Below, one piece after another: positions 58,625-64,000 of a stretch of DNA of 64,000 nt. The translations under genes were made by a program, and so were the position numbers. Position 1 is the stretch's first letter; each line of letters opens with the position of its first letter. A model generated the notes under the pieces. It ran no database searches. It was not told the DNA's origin and saw only the letters and a list, made by a program, of their open reading frames with translations. The DNA comes from Nitrospira sp. Its GTDB lineage: Bacteria; Nitrospirota; Nitrospiria; Nitrospirales; Nitrospiraceae. The stretch spans positions 874,721-938,720 of the forward strand of contig JARFXR010000001.1 of assembly GCA_029194535.1 (NCBI GenBank), written 5' to 3'.

Positions 58625-61600
58625 ACCTCTCCGCCGTCTGCATCGAACGTCCCGTCGCCACGACGTTGCTGACCGTCGGAGCGACGCTTCTGGGCCTCGT
58701 GGCGTTTCGGTTTCTTCCGGTCGCGGCATTGCCGGTAGTCGAGTTTCCCACGATCAATGTGTCGGCGACCCTGCCGGGCGCCAGTCCGGAGACCATGGCC
58801 ACATCGGTGGCGGCGCCGCTCGAGCATCAGTTCACCCGCATCGCGGGTGTGACCGAGATGACGTCCACGAGCACGCTGGGCTCGTCGAGCATCACGCTGC
58901 AGTTCGAACTCAGCCGCGACATCGACGGTGCCGCGCGGGACGTGCAGGCCGCGATCATGGCGGCCCGCAGCGAGCTGCCGCCCGATCTGCCGCGCCGGCC
59001 CACCTACCGAAAAATCAATCCGGCCGACGCACCGATCCTCATCCTTTCTCTGACGTCGGATCTCGTGAGCCGGGGCCGTATGTACGACGTGGCCTCCAGC
59101 ATCCTGCAGCAGAAGCTCTCGCAGATCGACGGCGTGGGACAGGTCTACGTCGGCGGCGGCTCGCTCCCCGCCGTGCGGGTCGATCTGAATCCTACGGCCT
59201 TGAATAAGTATGGGATCGGCCTGGGCGATGTCCGGCAGCTGCTGAGCAGCACAAACGTGAACCGGCCGAAAGGGCAGCTCTCGGACGGCACGAGAACGTG
59301 GGAAGTCCGGACGAACGACCAGCTGCACGCCGCGGAAGATTATCTGCCCTTGATCGTGAGCTATCGGTCGGGGCGCGCCGTCCGGCTTTCGGATGTTGCC
59401 ACGGTCGATCAGTCGGTCGAGGATCTGCGGACCATCGGAGTGGCGAACGGCATTCCCGCGGTCTTGATCATCATCAATCGGCAGCCGGGGGCCAACATCA
59501 TCGAAACCGTCGACCGGATCAACGCGATGATGCCGCAGCTGCAGGCCTCCGTCCCCGGCAGCATGACCCTCTCGGTCGTCGTGGATCGCACGCCGGTAAT
59601 CCGCGCTTCCCTGCACGACGTCGAACGGACGCTCCTTATCTCAGTGGCATTGGTAATCCTGGTCGTGTTCCTCTTCCTTCGGAACATCCGCGCCACGCTG
59701 ATTCCCTGCGTCGTCGTGCCGGTGTCGCTGATCACGACCTTCGCCGTGATGTACCTGTTCGGGTACAGCCTCGACAACCTCTCGTTGATGGCCCTGACCA
59801 TCGCCACCGGGTTCGTGGTCGACGACGCGATCGTCGTGCTGGAGAACATCAGCCGGTACCGCGAGCAGGGGATGCGGCCCTTTCAGGCGGCCATCCGCGG
59901 CGCGCGGGAGATCACCTTCACCGTCCTGTCGATGACGCTCTCGCTGGTCGCGGTCTTCGTGCCGATCCTCTTTATGGGCGGCATGATGGGACGATTGTTC
60001 CGTGAATTTGCCGTCACACTCACCGTCGCCATCCTCGTCTCCCTGGTGGTGTCCCTCACGACCACCCCCATGATGTCCGCCAGGATCTTGCGGCCGGAGG
60101 CCGGCGCGTCGCACGGGCGCTTCTACCGGCTCGCTGAGCGGGCCTTCGACGCCATGCGCGACGGGTACGCCGGCAGCTTGGCCTGGGTGCTCCGGCACCC
60201 CCGCGGCATGTTGGTGCTCACGCTGGCGACCATGGCGCTGAGCGTCTACCTCTACACGGTTGTACCGAAGGGCTTTTTCCCTCAGCAGGACACGGGGCGT
60301 ATGTTCGGGAACATCCAAGCCGCGCAGGATATTTCGTTCCAGGCGATGCGCCAGAAGCTGACCGAGGTGGTCGACATCGTCAAGAGCGATCCGGCGGTCG
60401 ACACTGTGACCGGATTCAGCGGAGGCGGCGGCAACACGAATGCGGGACGGATGTTCATCGGGTTGAAGCCGCTCCATGAACGGCGGATCGCCGTGGACCA
60501 GGTGATCGCGCGGCTGCGGCCCAAACTGGCCGTCGTGCCCGGTGCGCCGACGGTGCTGCAGGCGATTCAGGATCTCAGGATCGGCGGGCGGGCCAGCAGC
60601 GCCCAGTATCAGTACACCCTCCAGAGCGTCGATCTGGCGGAGTTGAACACCTGGGCGCCTCGAGTGGAGCACCGATTGCGCACGCTCACCGAGATCGTGG
60701 ATGTGAACAGCGATCAACAGGACAAGGGCCTGCAATCGCTGGTGGTCTTCGACCGGGGCACCGCGTCCAGGCTCGGGCTCAGCCCGCAGTTGATCGACGA
60801 CACGCTCTATGACGCGTTCGGGCAGCGCCAGGTGTCCATCCTGTACACTCCGCTCAATCAGTACCACGTGGTGATGGAAGTCGCACCGCAGTATTGGCAG
60901 GATCCCTCGACGCTCCACGACATCCATGTGCGATCTCCGTCGGGCACGCAGGTTCCGCTGAGCGCCGTCGCGCGGTTTGAGCCGACGAACACCTTGCTCC
61001 TGGTGAACCATCACGGGCAATTCCCCGGCGTCACGCTGTCGTTCAACATGGCGCCCGGCGTGTCGCTTGGGCAAGCCGTGGGGGCGATCGAGCAAGCGAT
61101 CGGCGAGTTGGGCCTGCCGGCCGGCGTCCGGGGCAGTTTCCAGGGAGCGGCGAAAGCCTTTCAAGCTTCGGTCGAGAACCAGCCGGTGCTCATCCTGGCG
61201 GCGCTGCTGACGATGTACATCGTGTTGGGGATTCTCTATGAGAGCTACATCCATCCGCTGACGATTCTCTCGACGCTGCCTTCGGCCGGTGTCGGCGCCT
61301 TGCTCGCATTGCTGCTGTTCAAGACCGAGCTCAGCATGATCGCGCTGATCGGCATCATGCTGCTGATCGGCATCGTGAAAAAGAACGCCATCATGATGAT
61401 CGATTTTGCGCTGGACGCGGAACGGAAGGAGCGCAAGCAGCCGGAAGAGGCCATCTTTGAAGCCTGTCTGCTTCGCTTCCGCCCCATCATGATGACGACG
61501 ATGGCGGCCCTCTTCGGAGCCTTGCCGTTGGCGCTCGGCACGGGGGTGGGGTCGGAATTGCGCCGGCCGCTCGGCATCGCCATCGTCGGCGGCCTGCTGG

Positions 61601-61719
61601 TCAGTCAACTGCTGACCCTGTACACCACGCCCGTCATCTATTTGTATCTGGATCGCCTGCGGTTGCGCGTCGCACGGCTGCGCGCGAGACGTCCGGAGGC
61701 CGGGCCCCTGCCGCAGTAA
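58621..61719 (+). CDS. mdtC: MdtC/MuxC-like RND transporter subunit
   Basis: [25 protein letters not shown], second tandem RND paralog with ATGA coupling. Confidence 0.9.
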   Translation: MNLSAVCIERPVATTLLTVGATLLGLVAFRFLPVAALPVVEFPTINVSATLPGASPETMATSVAAPLEHQFTRIAGVTEMTSTSTLGSSSITLQFELSRDIDGAARDVQAAIMAARSELPPDLPRRPTYRKINPADAPILILSLTSDLVSRGRMYDVASSILQQKLSQIDGVGQVYVGGGSLPAVRVDLNPTALNKYGIGLGDVRQLLSSTNVNRPKGQLSDGTRTWEVRTNDQLHAAEDYLPLIVSYRSGRAVRLSDVATVDQSVEDLRTIGVANGIPAVLIIINRQPGANIIETVDRINAMMPQLQASVPGSMTLSVVVDRTPVIRASLHDVERTLLISVALVILVVFLFLRNIRATLIPCVVVPVSLITTFAVMYLFGYSLDNLSLMALTIATGFVVDDAIVVLENISRYREQGMRPFQAAIRGAREITFTVLSMTLSLVAVFVPILFMGGMMGRLFREFAVTLTVAILVSLVVSLTTTPMMSARILRPEAGASHGRFYRLAERAFDAMRDGYAGSLAWVLRHPRGMLVLTLATMALSVYLYTVVPKGFFPQQDTGRMFGNIQAAQDISFQAMRQKLTEVVDIVKSDPAVDTVTGFSGGGGNTNAGRMFIGLKPLHERRIAVDQVIARLRPKLAVVPGAPTVLQAIQDLRIGGRASSAQYQYTLQSVDLAELNTWAPRVEHRLRTLTEIVDVNSDQQDKGLQSLVVFDRGTASRLGLSPQLIDDTLYDAFGQRQVSILYTPLNQYHVVMEVAPQYWQDPSTLHDIHVRSPSGTQVPLSAVARFEPTNTLLLVNHHGQFPGVTLSFNMAPGVSLGQAVGAIEQAIGELGLPAGVRGSFQGAAKAFQASVENQPVLILAALLTMYIVLGILYESYIHPLTILSTLPSAGVGALLALLLFKTELSMIALIGIMLLIGIVKKNAIMMIDFALDAERKERKQPEEAIFEACLLRFRPIMMTTMAALFGALPLALGTGVGSELRRPLGIAIVGGLLVSQLLTLYTTPVIYLYLDRLRLRVARLRARRPEAGPLPQ

Positions 61720-61758
61720 CATCCCTGTCACGCCGTTCGCTGTGACGTCCATTAGCTA

Positions 61759-61787
61759 TTGACAGGCGCCCGCCGTCCCCGTAGTCT
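61759..61787 (+). promoter_or_regulatory. Sigma-70 promoter TTGACA-N17-TAGTCT
   Basis: Perfect -35 with 17-bp spacer, upstream of the lipoprotein pair. Confidence 0.6.
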
Positions 61788-61844
61788 CTCGGCGCACGCA
61801 CGGGGCCGCTCGCATGCTGATCCAAGGTGGGATGTAGATCGTCG

Positions 61845-62393
61845 ATGGTCCGAACGCCGCTGGGGAAAATGGCCGTCGTGCTGGCGGCCGCGCTGATGAC
61901 CGTCGGCTGTCCCCGCATTCTCTATCTCAACTACCAGCCGTCCACGTCCCTGAAGGGCCACGGTCCGGTCCAGGTCGATGCATTCGCCTATTCGGGTCAT
62001 CCGACCGGACTCGTCAAGATGAAGGAAGTGGAGTCGGGCTCGAAGGACGTCGAAGCGCTCTATCTCTCTCAGGACATCGGTGTGTTTTTTACCAACGCGC
62101 TCAGGGGCGAACTGGCCTTCGCCGGGTATGAGGTGCAGCCGGCGTCCGCGCGAATCGTGTCCGGCAAGATCGAGCAATTTTATCTGGATTACGTCGGCGA
62201 GCAGGACCAACTGTTCCAGATTATGGCCACCTTCTACGTGGCGGCGAAAAACGGTTCTTCCTTCACGTCGTCCTGTCGTTCGAGCCAGCAGCAGCCGAAG
62301 TACTGGATGAAGACCGGCCTGCTCATCAAGAGCGGCATTACGGAGTGCGTCGAACAGTTCATGAAAGCCGCTCAGGCTGCAGGAGCGCTGTAA
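61845..62393 (+). CDS. Lipoprotein of unknown function
   Basis: Lipobox TVGC; alpha/beta body. Start 61845 or 61869. Confidence 0.75.
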   Translation: MVRTPLGKMAVVLAAALMTVGCPRILYLNYQPSTSLKGHGPVQVDAFAYSGHPTGLVKMKEVESGSKDVEALYLSQDIGVFFTNALRGELAFAGYEVQPASARIVSGKIEQFYLDYVGEQDQLFQIMATFYVAAKNGSSFTSSCRSSQQQPKYWMKTGLLIKSGITECVEQFMKAAQAAGAL

Positions 62394-62465
62394 GCCGTGG
62401 TTGCCCTGACGAGGAGACCGGCGGCGCGGACCTGCGCGGCCTTGTTTGGTTTGAATCGGATACGA

Positions 62466-63008
62466 ATGCCGCGGAGATTCGTCGTCCGACGGCTTGTCGG
62501 CGGGCTGTCCCTGCTCGTGGTCGTGGGTGTCGCGTTCGGTTGCAGTCCGATTCCAAGAAAGTATTTGCGCGCGGCCGCTCCCAACGTCACGCTTGCCAAG
62601 CTGTCGGCGGCGCCTGAGGTCTATCGCGACCGGCTCGTCGTGATGGGTGCCGTGATTCTGGAGGAGGAAGCCAAGGACGGCAACTTGTGGCTGCACGTGA
62701 AGAACAGGCCGCTCGATCAGGACTACCGTCCGCAACTACCCCCCAGGGTGGATGATCCGGAAGCAGGATGGTATTGGGTCGTGGTCAGCAACCACCAGAG
62801 TTTTCCGGCTTCGTACCGCCACTGGGCGGACATCACGGTCGTCGGCCGCGCAAACGGGTTGGGGCCCGGCAAAGAACCGGTCCTGATGATGGTCTATGTG
62901 CGGGGATGGGGCTTGAAGTCCGGCCAGGGTGGTGTCTGGGAAAACCTCACGGACGCCAATTACACTCCGTTTGTTCCGGAGGAAGTCATCGGCGAGGGCA
63001 GCCGATAG
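62466..63008 (+). CDS. Slp-family outer-membrane lipoprotein
   Basis: Lipobox AFGC then SPIP; PE.Y....V..GAVIL, RPLD..YRP, ITVVG pattern. Confidence 0.75.
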   Translation: MPRRFVVRRLVGGLSLLVVVGVAFGCSPIPRKYLRAAAPNVTLAKLSAAPEVYRDRLVVMGAVILEEEAKDGNLWLHVKNRPLDQDYRPQLPPRVDDPEAGWYWVVVSNHQSFPASYRHWADITVVGRANGLGPGKEPVLMMVYVRGWGLKSGQGGVWENLTDANYTPFVPEEVIGEGSR

Positions 63009-63147
63009 CGCCTCCCGTATCTTGACCGTCCGCGCATACTGCGATCCGATCCTCCCTTCTCCATCGGGTCCGTTCGGGACCTGTACCATCCGCAGACGCT
63101 GTTGGCTTGCTCCAATCCCTCGGCGGGGTCGGGGGTGGGAAGGGATC

Positions 63148-64000
63148 CTAGTTCTGGTCGAAGAAGTACTTGAAGCTGATATTTGGGTAGATGGCACGGA
63201 TGTCGTCCTGTCCCGCAATCGTGAACATGACGCCGATGGCGCCGACGAGCTTGGCCCCCGATTCGTAGCGCGAAAAGGTGTATTCAAGTCCGGGTTGAAG
63301 CCCGAGGAGCCAGAAGCTTTCGGGCGTCGTATTGGTGGGATGGCCGTCCAGCCTGGTGGTGAGTTGGTTGAGCGTCGCAAGCTCCAGGAGATACCCGAAG
63401 CCGGTTCGTTCGTCGAGAACATGCTCCAGCGCCAAGTGAGCGCTGATCAAATCCCCTCCGTAGACGGTCATACCCGATGTCGAGCTCGGTCCAGGCAGAT
63501 TGTAGGAATAGTACAGGTTGCCGGTGATGCGGAAGGGCTCGAGATTTTTCCGGAACAGCAGCCCTTCCGTGACCGCGGCCGCCTCGAACCGGCTCGACGG
63601 CACGCGTGAGAGCGGCGTAAAGCCGCCGGGAATTTCCGGTGTGTCGAACCAGTGATTCGTCGGCAGCGACAGTTTGGTGTAGAGCGCGATCGACGGGCGC
63701 CAGGAATCCGGATTCTGGACGATCGGGCGGTACTTGAAGATCAGACTCGTCGGGCCGATGCCCCCTCCCGACGTCCGTCCCTCGGTATCCGGGTTATCCG
63801 CCCGCCAGTAGATCCATGAGAGACCCAGCGCCACGCTGACATGGCGGGTCAGCCCGTAATAGAGGATGGCGGCCGGCGCGACGGCGTCAGGACTGAACGG
63901 CGCGGCCGTACTGTTCGACGTCGGAGTGTTCTCGTATTGGCCGGAGCCGATTTGTCCCTGCACATAGGCTCGGACGTACCACTGTCCTTGCCTCGTCACG
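63148..64000 (-). CDS. Putative outer-membrane beta-barrel ('transporter'/MetA-pathway-like), 5'-truncated at the window edge
   Basis: Alternating beta-strand pattern; terminal ISFKYFF; the ORF runs off the window. Confidence 0.65.
   Translation of the reverse strand, partial: VTRQGQWYVRAYVQGQIGSGQYENTPTSNSTAAPFSPDAVAPAAILYYGLTRHVSVALGLSWIYWRADNPDTEGRTSGGGIGPTSLIFKYRPIVQNPDSWRPSIALYTKLSLPTNHWFDTPEIPGGFTPLSRVPSSRFEAAAVTEGLLFRKNLEPFRITGNLYYSYNLPGPSSTSGMTVYGGDLISAHLALEHVLDERTGFGYLLELATLNQLTTRLDGHPTNTTPESFWLLGLQPGLEYTFSRYESGAKLVGAIGVMFTIAGQDDIRAIYPNISFKYFFDQN

Noticed and set aside
55601-61752. Long antisense and alternate-frame ORFs (55339-57597, 55601-57352, 58351-59616, 59641-61752; similarly 6585-7790, 21041-22225, 42478-43788)
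   Set aside because: Shadow ORFs of high-GC coding genes; Arg/Gly/His-rich, with no motifs, and fully overlapping well-supported CDSs.

Overview
GC-rich bacterial chromosomal window. The gene content resembles Nitrospira, but that is an inference. No rRNA, tRNA, CRISPR array or transposase is visible. Layout: (i) 1-9.4 kb: modA and an RND efflux locus whose AcrB-type gene occurs as two near-identical N-terminal halves plus one C-terminal half, followed by MFP and OMF genes. (ii) 9.9-29.3 kb: an island of exported proteins. It holds three caspase-family (C14) proteases with signal peptides and intact His/Cys dyads, plus WSC, LecA-like/di-heme, IPT/TIG-modular and small secreted proteins. Most of these carry a shared [IV]-x-[STPH]-R-[GA]-[VLM] motif in linkers. 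This is the best candidate for an undescribed system: extracellular Arg-specific caspase-like processing or shedding of co-encoded secreted proteins. The island also holds a CxxCxxCC enzyme followed by a heptad-repeat precursor-like peptide. (iii) 30-44 kb: GH63 glucosidase, D-Ala-D-Ala carboxypeptidase, TMTC-like GT-C, a cluster of unknown secreted proteins including a double-LCCL protein, and a GT2 with a sigma-54 promoter. (iv) 47-64 kb: ndh, two Tat-exported oxidoreductases, a Spy/ECF/anti-sigma/mdtABC operon and lipoproteins. Three distinct MITE-like families (six copies) occur, and two of them carry the same dRS3/REP-like palindrome doublet.
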